The translations under genes and the position numbers were made by a program. From Dendrobates tinctorius (Eukaryota): a stretch of 64,000 nucleotides of DNA. The DNA lies in assembly GCF_039654945.1 (NCBI RefSeq), contig NW_027361688.1, positions 54,870,001-54,934,000 on the forward strand, in the 5' to 3' direction. Shown here in pieces: positions 1 to 13,140 of this stretch. The notes below the pieces were generated by a model. That model saw only the letters and a list, made by a program, of their open reading frames with translations. It made no database searches and was not told the origin of the DNA. The first letter of the stretch is position 1. The number at the start of each line of letters is the position of its first letter.

Positions 1-266
1 CTTCCAGGAACTTGCTGATGGCCCAATCTGAGCTGCTTGAGGATCTGAGCATGTGACCTCTGACGACCAATGAGCGGTCATCTCACGGTATAGCTATAGC
101 TGAACCTGGGGCAGCAGCAGCAACCAAACACATAGCATTAGCCTGAGCAAGACGCTGGGACCGACGTCTCTGCTGAGCAGGAATCTCTGCAGCTGAAGAA
201 TGGGAGACCACAGAGGACATGGCTTGAGATTCCCTCTGTGCAGTGGCGGGAACTCGACGCCTAACA
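1..266. mobile_element. Probable LTR end, truncated by the window edge
   Basis: GC-richer block ending in ...GACGCCTAACA (TGTTAGG on the minus strand). The other end is not visible. Confidence 0.4.
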
Positions 267-3011
267 CCTGAACCCCTCATTGATTACTCAAAAGTCCTAC
301 TAAAATTGAGCAGTATAGGTGACCGGAATGCACAACTCCTGACTGAGCAGAGTACAGATTCAAAAATAAGTATAGGCTTTCTCCACTCTAACTGTGCCCT
401 TAGACAGGAGATCTGAGCTCTTGATGCCTAAGCCGCATATTTCTCAGGTGACTTATGAGCATGTAGTTAGTGTTTAAGGAACAGGACTCCCGATCAATCT
501 GCAAGTAGTTAAAGTCCCTGCAACACATAAAAATATTGCTGGATGTTTAGTTACTCATTAAGGAAAACTGTTAAGTAGTTAACTATGCAATGTAAGAATT
601 AATTAAAAAAAGTTTAAGGTTTTGAGCGAATTTTTCAAAATTCGGTTCCGATGACGATCGGTCAATATTTTGCAATATTCAACGAACAATGCCAAACATC
701 ATTGGAGTCAATGGGAGTAGAAATGATCAAATATGTTTGGAACTGATCATCAAACATAAATTTGGCACAAGTAGAGTACCAATATGGCACAAATATGGCA
801 AATTCAGATACGGCGACGGATTCTGAACATATTCACTCAACTCTAATAAATATCCCTAAGGCTATGTGCACACCTTGTAAATTTCTGCTCCATTTCTGCT
901 TTCCTTGGCATGTCAATCCAAGCTAAAACAGGCTTTATTGGCAGGACCCAAATACATTCAGTGTTGCCAAAGCAAGGAAAATAGATGTGACGGGGAGGGG
1001 ATTGGGCATTTTGGGAATGAGGTGTTGGGGGCACAATTTGGGAAATAATAGTCCATTTGGGAGTTTTAAGTTCCTCTCAGCTTATGACATATGCTGACAT
1101 ATTGGGCTGCATGTTTTTGATGCATTTTTGCCTGATTTTTTTCCTTTTGTTTTTTGACTGATTTGAGTGAAGTCAATGGTGAAAAATGCTGGCAAAAACA
1201 CATAGAGAATTGAAATTCTCCAGATTATTTTCTACACAAAATCTGCAAGTCAAAAATACTCAACGTGTGCATGACACTTTAGGTTTCTCATTCACTTTGC
1301 TGGCATCAGGATTGCTTCAGGTTTTGCTAGCAAATCTGCATGGCAAAAATAAACCAAATCTGCAACATATGCACAAGTCTAAATTTTACCAATTTAGTAT
1401 TAGCTATGGTTTGATTTTCTTTTAAATTAATATTAGATATGCTTCAGGAAAATTGCCTAGTTTAATGGCAAGATATATTAAAATAGTCAATATCTGGTAT
1501 ATTTAAATAAAAAAATCTACTGGTCTATGAACACAGGCTTATGCCTCATTGTCAATACAAGTGTACAATACTGTTTAGGAAATAAAACATTTTAGACGTT
1601 TTCCACTTTTAGTAAAGTTGTCCCCAAACACTAGAAAATAACTAAAATAACAAACAGATCAGGTAGTCTTTCTCCCCAGGTCTAGTGCCTTATCCCGGCT
1701 GTTACTTGGGTCTGGGTGCTTTGGCTTCAGCACTGAAGTCACATCAACAGTACACTTCAAGGTTATAGCCAGTCACTGAGCTCAAGGGCTAATGCCATCT
1801 ACTGCTACACAGTCTCTGTGCTAGTTGATTGGCTACCACAATGATGTGTGCTGTTGACAAGATATCACCGCTGCAGCCAAAAACACTGAGACTTGAGCAG
1901 TCATAGTCAACTGGTGCTGCATCTGGTGAGTGTGAGTACTGGATCTTTTTTTGCATTCTAGATATTTTAGAACTGTTGACAAGTACTTTTCAAAAAATAA
2001 AAACCTAATTTAAAGCTGACCAAACACAATAAATACAGTAGCTGTCATCTGAACACTCGTTTGACCAGTATTTCACATACCCACTGACACCATAACATAT
2101 GCACACTTTACTTATAGAAAGAGCAGAGTAAGCTATCACTGTCCAAACTGGAAATATCACCAATAAGATCCAATATGTTTTTCTGAAGTACCTCATAAGA
2201 TATAAATTCTTGAATCAAGTGATTGGCTTCAAAGTCAGCTACAAAAAAGATGTCTTTTTCTAGACTATTGGAGACTATTGGAGCTTGCAACTGTATCAAC
2301 GCCTGGGCCCACCAGAGTATTTTGGGGAACTTTATTAGTCCAATGTCACCAAGTCTAATGAGAAAAAAATATGTATTTACAGAGTAACTATTGCTTAATT
2401 TTTTATCTAATATATAGTCTTTTCCTAACATGATAAGTCCATCAGTTGGGGTCTGGGCTCTAAAACCTCCATCAATCACTCAAAAAAACAATTCTGCAGC
2501 TCAACAGGATCCAGATCCTCTACCGATGTGCTGCACATGTTAGGATTTGACTAGTTATTACTGAAAATGAAAAAATGAAAGAGCACCTTCCATAGCTCGT
2601 CTAATAAGAGTAATACAGTAACATTTCAATGAAAGATTTATTCAATGACAGCAATAAAGCTAAGCTAAATAACAACAAGCCAGGTGAGAGGAACATGGAA
2701 AGCTATGATGTAAAAACTGTTGTTTGTTTGTCGACTGACTGAATTGTAAAATAAGCAAATAATATTAGATCCCATATATTGATCCTTGAAAATATTCTAA
2801 ACATATTCTATTCTTTGAAATCTTTGCATTTTTCACATACATTACACAAGACATCGTCAAAAAGGTTGAATAGGCTACTTCTAAATAATTCTATATCAGA
2901 ACCTCCTTAATATACTGTTTACAAAAAGATATTCTCTTCAATATGCTTTGATAATATAATATTTTATGGCATCTTGAAACATAGTATATTTCACAGCATG
3001 TGAAAACATAC

Positions 3012-5438
3012 CTGTGGTAAAAGATTTTCTGCAGGTGTTGAGCTCTTAAAATTTTCATTTCCAATCCCTGAGTCATCAGCATCTAATAGACTTTCCACTG
3101 GAACATTATGTTGAGGTGGAACAAAAGAAAATTCTCGCTCACTGGGGTCCAGAGTTACACAAACATCATAGGAATATGGCAGAGGTAATGTCCCAGGGTT
3201 AAACTGGGAAATAAATCTGGGATCAATCTGTGGGTACAGACTTGTACTCAGGGATTCAAATGTTTTAGTGGACTTAGACTCTTTATATTTGGAAACAACT
3301 GCAATAATCACAGTCAACATAAAGAAAAAGAAAATCAGCGCCAAGGCGATAACCAAGTAGAACTGTAGGTTGGACTGAGATTCTTCTTTGTTAGGCTGAC
3401 TGCTCAGCTCAGGAAGGACCTGATGAAAATGATCAGCAATCACCATGGTTAGAGTGACTGATGCTGAGCGGGAGGGAATCCCATTGTCTTTTACTAGAAC
3501 CACAATTCCATGTTTCATGATGTCCTTATCATGAAATCCACGTGATGTCCTGATCTCTCCTGTGTGATGGTCAATGTTGAAGAGTGATGGTTCTGAAGAT
3601 TGTAAAAAGTAAGACAACCAGGCATTGTGTCCAGTGTCAGCGTCCACTGCCACCACCTTAGACACTAGCGAGCCTTGTTCAGAAGTCCAAGGAACCATCT
3701 CAAATGTTGAGCTATCAACCTCTGGTGATGGGTACAGAATGACTGGAGAATTATCATTCTGGTCTACTATACATATTCTTAGTGTTGTACTGCTGTTCAG
3801 AGATGGAGATCCATTGTCTCTGGCGATGATTTGGATATTAAATTCTTTATTCTTCTCATAGTCAAAAGACCTCTGAGCATAAATAACCCCAGTTACTGGA
3901 TTCATGGAGATATAGGAAGACAGGGGATCTTCTTCATTATTTTTACTAAGTATAGAGTATGTTATCTTAGCGTTATCTTCATTGTCCAGATCTCTTGCTT
4001 GAATAGTAAATATTGAAGCTCCTGGAGCATTATTTTCTTGTATAAGTGCAGTGTAACCTAATTTATCAAACAATGGAGCATTGTCATTGACATCTGATAT
4101 ATCAAGCCTAAACCATTTTCTCGAAATCTTTTCTGGAGACCCTTTGTCTGAAGCTTGTAAAGTAATATTGTAGGATGATAATTTTTCCCTATCTAGACTA
4201 CTTTTTGTTACAATTTTGTAAAAATTACTTGCTGATGATAATAGTTGAAATGGTAAATCCTCTGTTATTATACATTGAATTTCACCATTTTCTCTAGAGT
4301 CACGATCATGAACTTGAATTAGTGCCACCACAGAACCAGGGGGAGAATCCTCAGGAATAAAATCTGATGCTGAGGTTATAGATATCTCAGGAGCATTGTC
4401 ATTTTCATCTGTTATTTCTATTAACACCTTTGCATGAGCAGCGAGGCCTCCTCCATCTTTGGCTTCTATTGAAATTTCATAGTATTTACTTTTTTCATAA
4501 TCTAATATTTCTTTAGTTTTAATCTCTCCATTTCTGGGATTTATAGCAAGTTTCTGAAGAATGCGATTTTCTTTTGTACTGAATGAGTAATTGATCTGTG
4601 CATTGACTCCTTCATCTTCATCACTTGCACTGACCTGCAGAATTGTAGAATTCACCGGTATATTTTCTCTGACACTTACTTTATATACATCCTGTGTAAA
4701 TACTGGAGAATTATCATTGAAGTCAGTGACAATGATATTAATTAGGGCAGTGCCTGTCTGTACAGGATTTCCTCCATCAGAAGCTGTGAGAATGAGTTCA
4801 TGCTTGTTCTGTGTCTCTCGGTCTAGAGGTTTCTCTAGTATCAGCTCTGGAAATACACTGCCATCAGTGCTGACCTTCTCTCCAAGAGCAAAATACTGGT
4901 TCTCACTGAGTCTGTAGCTTATCAGGGAATTAACACCGACATCCAGATCTTCTGCTTTTTGTAATAAAAATTTTGCTCCTGGGGAGGTAAACTCACTCAT
5001 TTCTAATGCCAAAATGTTATGGACAAATGCAGGAGGATTGTCATTTATATCCTGAATATAAATCTTTATACTGAAGACATTTAGTGGATTTTCAGCAACA
5101 ACATCAAATGTAAGGACACAATCAGCTGCTGTTTCACACAATGTCTCCCTGTCTATCCTATCAGCAATGTACAGGTTTCCATTATCTAGGTTTATGATAA
5201 AATATTTCTCAGAGATTTTAGATACAATTCTTAATTTCCTTTTGGAGAGATCCTTAACATTTAGTTCAAGATCCTTTGCTAGATTTCCCACAATAGAACC
5301 TTTTCTTAAGTCTTCATTAATGGAATAATGAATCTGACCAGAGACTGAAAGACACAGCCAGGAAAATAAGAAGGGAAATATTACTTGCCATCTGAGTCCT
5401 TGCACTGATTGTCCTTCCTGCAGTTGTAATCCAGCCAT
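3012..5438 (-). CDS. pcdhg: Protocadherin-gamma variable exon 1 (signal peptide, EC1-EC6, TM, variable cytoplasmic domain)
   Basis: ORF 2991..5534 has cadherin motifs (DRE, DxNDN, AxDxD), a TM helix and GTLPLPYSYDVC. Likely start is ATG 5438 (MAGLQ...GLRWQV). Donor CAG|GTATGT at 3012/3011. Confidence 0.95.
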
Positions 5439-5624
5439 CCTTCTTCTCCCAGAAATATAATGGTAAAAATCCTTCTTATATTTATAATCCAGCAGAAAAT
5501 AATCCATCTTCTTTATGAGTCCTGATCCCTGCACATCCCAGTGTGAAATGCTGTGATTTTCTTCTTGCAGTTGAACACTGTCTGCATCATGGAGGCGATT
5601 CTGGATTTGCAGAATATTTTCTTT

Positions 5625-5667
5625 ATTGGTGAACAGCGGCGCTCTGAGGCCAATATGGGAACTGCAG
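5625..5667 (-). promoter_or_regulatory. Pcdh promoter CSE (CTCF site with CGCT box) plus CCAAT box, exon 1
   Basis: Minus strand CTGCAGTTCCCATATTGGCCTCAGAGCGCCGCTGTTCACCAAT, about 200 bp upstream of the ATG. The motif recurs before every exon. Confidence 0.9.
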
Positions 5668-6549
5668 CGTCAGTGACTTAGATTCCTTTCTACCAAGTAT
5701 TACTTAAAATATGATTTTAACTACAGATATGAAGTTACATATAGATTCCCATATACAAAAGTTATTATTTCAATATCTTTTTTAAAATCTTTAAATTCAT
5801 TACATAGTTTAAGAGATCTGACAGCAAAATCATTTTGGGTTGCATTTTTAATCTCAACTAGGAAAATGAAAATACTTCTAAATTACTTATTAATTAAACT
5901 ACAGATGACAGTAGTAAAATGTGAATATTGTGTCTTTGTGTTAGATTGGCTTTCATTTTCTTGTCCTTGAAATTTTAAAAGTGATTGCTGATGGTAGTTT
6001 CAAATCTCCTATTGGAATATTTATGCTTTTGTTAATAGTACTATGTGCTGTGGAATTCATGGTTCTCATTCTTAATAAAAGATTTTTAAAATATAATTGC
6101 CTGGCCTAGTATACCAGGGCTTATCAATGAAAAAAATCCAGCGATCACTTGAATGATTTATTTATTTATTTTTTTAATTTATCTAGACTTGACAATTAAT
6201 CTTAGTAGTAACGTACTCCGATAAATTCAAGTCACACAGTTAAATGCAGTTCTAGAAAAATAGACGTATAGACAAGAAATAAGAGGTGATGGTGTGAAAA
6301 TGTATAAAATTGTAATAATGAAAAGTGCTATTGAATTCCAGATCTCAGATGGTCGTGTAGCCATGGATCACGCTATGACAGTTCAGATATGGTTGCACTC
6401 TATCATTAAAAACTTTACATCTTACTGTAAATTTACTCTCACAAAATGGAAAACTAGTGTTAGTAAATTTATGGGTACCATATGTTCCAACAATTTCAAA
6501 TATGTAATAGCTCAAAGATTAGATCCACTAGTATGTGTGAGTGCATTAA

Positions 6550-6989
6550 AGGGGTTGTCCACTACTAGAACAACCATTTCTTAAACTAAATGTTCTGCCC
6601 AGATAAAATAATAAAGCCTATATTCACCTCCCATGCCGGCGCTGTTCTCATGGTGTCAGCACTTGTGGTCCTGGGTCTGTGATTTGGTGGAATGACGTGT
6701 GATGCCCTGAGCTCAATCAGTGCTGGTGTCATAGTCTCCGTGTTCGAACAAACTGAACATGAAGAGGCAGTCCGAGCTGCAGCTGATGCCAGGCTTCCTC
6801 TTCAGGTTTAGTCCAAAGGTGGGAATAGAGATGGCAGCGCTGATTGGGCACCAGCGACACATGTCACAACACCTCATCACAGCACCAGGAAGAGTGCATA
6901 CCAACACAGCGGGAATGGAGCCGACACAGGAGGTGAGTATAGGCTTCATTATTTTATCTTGGCAGAACGTTTAGTAGTGGACAACCCCT
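6550..6989. mobile_element. Kolobok/T2-type MITE
   Basis: TTAA TSD, TIR AGGGGTTGTCCACTACTA and internal palindromic arms. Confidence 0.85.
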
Positions 6990-8523
6990 TTAATACAGTA
7001 TGTCTACTACTTCTACTTTTGAAATACATATTAACAAAAAGTCTCTCCACAAACAATAAAATATGCATTTATGATAAATTCAGAGTTTCATGAGAACATG
7101 TCTGTGCATGACTGCTAGGAACATCCCTGTTCCTAACCAGGTGCTACAATCATGGACCTACTGTTCAAACTGAAATAAACACAGACACCACATCTATATT
7201 TGAAGGGATTCCGTCAGCCACAGCATTTTGTTATCAAAACATTTTATTATTAACCCATAAAAAAATGGAAAGCCCAAGACCAGAATCTCCTACCCCCGAG
7301 CTGTAACGACATATCCAGTGAGTAACCTGTTACCCCAATATACCATAATAAATATTTAATACATTTTGTAAATTTCTTTTTGTAAAAAAATCAAAAAGTC
7401 TTAACTCTTCTCTTCCCAGAACATATGCATATATCCTTAACTCATTTTAACTTTTTTAAAGGTTTTTCCTACAAAGTACATATTATTTAATAGACCTTGC
7501 AATAATAATAAGTTCTACAACTGGATGTATATAGTTTTCAGGTGATCTACATTAGATGATCTATTTCAATTGTCATTTGACCTCGGGAATATACCTCTAT
7601 ATTTAATATCATATAGTTTATATTTAAGGTTTACACATAGTTTCAATTTCTTTTATGTAAAGGGGATGTCCACTACTGGTTAACCAACTTTATCAATTAG
7701 ATAATGTAGTTGAAAAACAAGCAAACTAAAAAATCCCCAAAGAATATCTTCCAGATCGGGACCTTATGACCCTACAGACTTTGTTGGGTCATAATCTTTA
7801 TTTTACATTTTGCGGCCTCCAAAAGACTCTTGAGAGTGAAACTGTTTTCTTATGGGTCACAGTACAGCTGTTTCCTGTGCTGCCCACCTGGTGATTCATA
7901 TTAATACTGCCATAACCAGCACTGGCTTCAGTAGTGGCCTAGTAGATGACTGTAAATATTCTCTGAAAATGAGAATTAATTATGCTTAGCAAAACTTTGT
8001 CCTAGCAAAAAGCTTAATATTCATGTTTTACCTGAAGTTCATAGATGCCAAACCAAATGACACTTTATATATTTTAAGCAACGCACATGTAATGACTTTC
8101 ATTTACCTGCATTGTTCAATATATTTTACTTCATAGGGTATTAACATCTGGTAACTTTAAAGCTTATCCACAGATAAATGGAATAAATGAAGAGTACAGT
8201 AAGGTTCCCCAATGGTAACCACATTTTTCTGGAGAGAAGGGCATTGGTGTATGCTGCTTTCACTGAGGAGGTGTTCGGTGTTCCCTTGGTAATAGGAATT
8301 CCAACCACCTCTTCACTGACAGCGACGGTAGTCAGACCATTGTTCTGCACATAAATGCAGGGCCCAGTAGTGGGATTCACATCCACTATACATTTAGTGC
8401 ATATCTTTTGTATGTGACATGAATTTATGAAATGGGACTACAGCTTAAAGTAAAGAATACAATTAAAAAAATATTTCTGAACTTCCAATATAAAAATATA
8501 GGAAAAATACTAAAGCTAGGTAC

Positions 8524-10941
8524 CTGAGAGATAAGATTTTCTGCAGGTGAAGAGTTCTGTAAACTTTCATTTACGATTCCTGGATCATCAGCATCTATTA
8601 GACTGTCCACAGGAACATTGTGTTGAGGTTTGAGGAAAGCAAATTCCCGCTCACTTGGATCCAGAGTTACACAAACATCATAGGAATATGGCAGAGGTAA
8701 TGTCCCAGGATTAAACTGGGAGATAAATCTGGGATCAATCTGTGGATATAGACTTGTACTCAAAGGCCCAAAGGAAGTATTGGATTTGGAATCTTTACAC
8801 TTAGTGACAACTGCAATAATCACAGTCAGCACAAAGAAAAAGGAAATCAGAGCCAAGGCAATTACCAAGTAGAATTGTAGGTTGGACTGTGGCTCTATTT
8901 TACCAGATTGACTGTTCAATTCAGGAAGAACTTGTTGAAAATTAAGAACTACCACAATATTAACAGTGACAGAAGTTGAAAGAGAGGGAATCCCATTGTC
9001 TTTTACTATGACCACAAGTCCATGTTTTACTGTATCTTTTTCTTGAAAAACTCTTTGGGTCCTGATCTCTCCTGTGTGCTGGTCAATTATGAAGAGTGAT
9101 GGTTCTGAAGATTGTAAAAAGTAAGACAACCAGGCATTGTGTCCAGAGTCAACATCCACTGCCACCACCTTAGATACTAAAGAGCCTTGTTCAGAGATCC
9201 AAGGAACCATCTCAAATGTTGAGCTATCAACCTCTGGTGATGGGTCTAGAATGACTGGAGAATTATCATTTTGGTCAACAACAGAAATTCTTAGCATAGT
9301 ACTGCCATTTAATGATGGAGATCCATTGTCCCTGGCAATGATTTTGATATTAAATTCCTTATGATGCTCATAATCAAATGACTGCTGTGCATAAATCACT
9401 CCAGTTACTGGATTAATAGATATGTAGTTTGACAATGGTGTTTCTTCCTTTTTTATGGTGGATATAGAATAAAATACTTTAGCGTTGTCTCCACTGTCCA
9501 TATCTTTTGCTTGAATACTGAATATTGAAGCTCCTTGTGCATTATTTTCTGGAACAAATGTTGTGTAAGTCAATTTCTCAAACATTGGAGCATTGTCATT
9601 GATGTCCGATACGTCCAGTTGGATCATTGTTCTTGAAGTCATTTCTGGAGAACCTTTATCAGAGGCTTGTACTGTGATGTTATAGGATGATATCCTTTCT
9701 CTGTCCAGATTACTTTTTGTTATAATTTTATGGAAATTACTTACTGAGGACACAACTTGAAATGGCACATCACCTATAATTAGACACTGAACTTCTCCAT
9801 TTTCTCCAGAGTCTTGATCACGAATTTCCAGTAGTGCTACAACTGTGCCCAATATGGAGTCCTCAGCAATAGGGGTCGATATTTAAGTAATGGATATCTC
9901 AGGAGCATTATCATTTTCATCTATTACTTCTATTAAAACCTTGGCATGAGCAGCGAGGCCTCCTCCATCTTTGGCTTGAACAGAAACTTCATAGTTTTTT
10001 GTCACTTCATAATCTAAAAGTTTTCTTGTTTTTATTTCTCCATTTTCAGGATTTATAATAAAAGTTTGGAGAATATTATTTGCCATTGTACTAAATGAAT
10101 ATATAATCTCTGCATTGACTCCTTCATCTTCATCACTTGCACTGACATGTAGAATTGTAGAGTTCACCGGTATATTTTCTTTCACAGATACTTTGTATAA
10201 GTTTTGAGTAAAGATAGGAACGTTGTCATTTAAATCTGTAACCAATACCATTATTTTTGTTGTCCCAGATTGTGCAGGTTTTCCACTGTCAAAAGCAGTA
10301 AGAGTGAGTTCATATTTGCTTTCTGTCTCACGATCTAAGGACTTTTCTAGAATAAGCTCTGGAAATACATTGCCATCAATGCCTGTCTCCTCTCCCAACA
10401 TAAAATGCTCATTTCTACTCAGTCTGTAGCTGATCAGAGAATTAACACCGACATCCAGATCTTCTGCTTTTTGCAAAACAAACCTTCTTCCTGGGGAGGT
10501 TGCTTCACTCAATTCTATTCTAACAGTATCATGTATAAATGTAGGAGGATTGTCATTTATATCCTGAATATCAATCTTTACATTGAATACATTTAAAGGA
10601 TTTTCAGCCACAACATCAAATGTAAGGACACAATCAACTGCAGCTTCACACAATGTCTCCCTGTCTATCCTATCAGCAACATACAGGTTTCCATTATCCA
10701 AATTTATGCTGAAATATTTCTCAGAAATCCGAGAAACAATGCGAAATTTCCGATTTGAGAGCTCCTTAACATTTAATTTAAGATCCTTTGCTAGATTTCC
10801 CACAATAGAACCTTTTCTTAATTCTTCATTAATGGAATAAGGAATCTGACCAGAGACTGAATGACACAGCCAGGAAAATAAGAAGGGAAATATTACTTGC
10901 CATCTGAGTCCTTGTTTTTTCTTCTTCCATAGCATTTTCAT
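8524..10941 (-). pseudogene. pcdhg: Protocadherin-gamma variable exon 2 with in-frame premature stop (TAA 9883-9885) after EC3; probable pseudogene
   Basis: ORFs 9883..10941 and 8425..9852 are in the same frame and read EISIT*ISTPIAEDSILGTV; paralogs have Ser at the stop. Promoter CSE is degenerate and the donor CAG|GTACCT is weak. Confidence 0.85.
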
Positions 10942-11132
10942 CCTTGTCTATGTTTGAAATGTTAAAATCTTCTTTTTTTCATGTAATCCAAGTGTAAAAT
11001 ATCCTTAGCTTTCTTCTTTATGCAACCAGCATCAGGCACATCCGAGGCAGAAATAACGGTTGGTATTCCTCTGTACATCTATGCATTTGTTTTTCCCTAG
11101 CAGAGCTTTTCTAGAGCCTATCTCTTTTCCTT

Positions 11133-11176
11133 CTTGGTAAACAGTGGCACTATGAGGCCAAAGTGGGGTACTGCAG
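11133..11176 (-). promoter_or_regulatory. Degenerate Pcdh promoter CSE, exon 2
   Basis: Same position and spacing as the other CSEs, but the + strand core is CAGTGGCACT instead of CAGCGGCGCT, and CCAAT reads CCAAG. Confidence 0.85.
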
Positions 11177-11829
11177 CACAATGATTATTTCTTATTGTAA
11201 ATTACTACATTTTCAGTATCTGAGATATAAAGAACCTTAAACAAATAATAATAAATAATAAAAAATATTAATATGGTTAAATCCATAACGACAGAAAAAA
11301 AATTATATATCACTGTACCAAAACTTTTCATGTAAAATACATTTTCTATAAGAAAAATATGTGACATATTTTTTAAATAAAAATGATGAATGTTATATTA
11401 CAGAAATTCTGTTTATATATTGTATATTAATAAATTCAGTATGAATGCTGAATGTTAAAGAAAATAAAATACACAATACTAATTTACATTAATAATTTAA
11501 ATAATAATAATAATTATTATAATTAATAATTTAAAACTTGTTGCCGACAATGAAAAATCTGTACAAAAATGCATAATATTGAAGGTCTCTGATGCACAAA
11601 ATGACTTATTGGGTCCTCCATTATGCCTTGTTTAAAGGGAATATGTCAGAACAATCAACCCTAGTAAGTCATCAATATGGGCATGTATGTCGTAAGAAGC
11701 TGAAAAAGTCGACACCTCGATATCTGTGATCTGATGACTTATTACAAAGAAATCCCTGTTTTTCTTATGTGTAAATGAGCTGTTTCCCCAATATTTTCCC
11801 AGACGTAATTCACACTTCTAATAGGACCT

Positions 11830-12280
11830 CCTCCACCCTTATACGTTCATTACTCAGTCTCCCCCAAGACTTCTCCCGAGTATCTCCATCCTCTAGAATT
11901 TGTGCCCCAACACATACGATTGTCTCCCTCATTTTGAACATCCAGACAAAGCTTGAAAACTCATCTATTCAAGATAACTTATAGCCTGCAACGACCCCAC
12001 TGCCACCTCACCATTGCTAGAGCTGCCACAACCTGCAACCTATAGTCTCCTCCGTCTGCACCCTTTATACTGTAAGCCTTTAAAGGCAGAATGCGCGCTC
12101 TCACTCTACGAGTCCTTCATTGTTGTTTTGTTCACTGCAATATATATTTAGATTTTGCATGCAACCCTTATCATGTACCACACCATGAAATCAATGGAAC
12201 TCTAAAAATAAATAATAATAATGATATTAATAATGATGATGAAAAAAAAAAAAAAAAAAATAATAATAATAATAACAACG
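11830..12280 (+). mobile_element. Older L2 3'-end fragment with microsatellite tail
   Basis: Similar to 14860-15298 (caagacttctcccga; catgtac..caccatg.aatcaatgg) and ends in an AAT/A-rich tail. Confidence 0.7.
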
Positions 12281-13140
12281 ACCACTATGAGACTTTTTCT
12301 TGTCCAAATCTAAAAAATTCAAGTATCATACTTATACACAAATTTGTACCTAAATATTAATATTTACATGATTAGACTAATAAGAGGTCAGTTTGTGACA
12401 GCAGAGACTTAAGAGAGACCAGACAGTATCTGCTCTTGTTGAGAGGCTTGTAGCACTAAGAATTTCTTCATTAGGATTTCCCACATCTTTAAAAACTTTT
12501 GTATTAAAATATTGTGCTTGGCAAAGTGATTCTCATATCTCTAGATTCTACGATCATAGTTTCAAAGAGTAGGTCCCCTTTTAACCAGATTTCTGCACTC
12601 TAGATTTATAATTTACTGAATTAATAATAATTATGTATTTAATGTACTTTCATGCCATGAGAGGTAACAGGCAGTCAGAGTTATTTCCTCTTTGTTCTGT
12701 TCATCATGTATTTTTTCATGTACATTTGTTACTTATTGCTAATTAAAAGTTAAAGTACAAATTTAGTTTAAATCTCTGAAGCTATAGATTTAAACAAGAT
12801 TTAAACAAAATTTTTACTTTTAACTTTTTGTCTCTTGCATACTGTTGTGGTATAAAAAATTACTTTAGTTGGAGCACTGAAGTGTAAATCTAACGTAGAA
12901 GGTATATCAGTAACATTTACAGCATTTAGAAAAGCTCTATCCACAAGAACAATATCTACATATTATTACCAACTGTAAAATATAAAAAAATGACCAGCAA
13001 CTATAGGAGATCTCTATAGCAAAAGCTTTAAAATACAATCTGATGTATATATTTTATATTTTTTAAGCAAAGAATGAAAGTATTTATACAACTGGTAGAA
13101 ATAAGGAAAAGGGATGATGCCCAACCTCTTATATTTCTTC

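Noticed and set aside
4591-4917. Recurrent + strand ORFs inside Pcdh exons (MICPLTPSSLS..., MCPVSASTATT...)
   Set aside because: Antisense shadows of conserved cadherin codons, mostly with non-ATG starts.
5439-5534. N-terminal extensions of the ORF-track proteins for exons 1, 5 and 7
   Set aside because: They begin at GTG/TTG codons and are not conserved among paralogs. An in-frame ATG at 5507 cannot be fully excluded.
8141-8386. 81-aa ORF downstream of the exon 2 donor as a possible alternative exon
   Set aside because: GTG start, no recognisable homology or clear splice acceptor; probably a repeat fragment, though unverified.
8425-8523. Hydrophobic C-terminal tail suggesting a second TM in exon 2
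   Set aside because: It is read-through into T-rich intron beyond the splice donor at 8524.
9853-9885. Frameshift or two separate genes at exon 2
   Set aside because: The two ORFs are 30 nt apart in the same frame, so this is a single in-frame stop.
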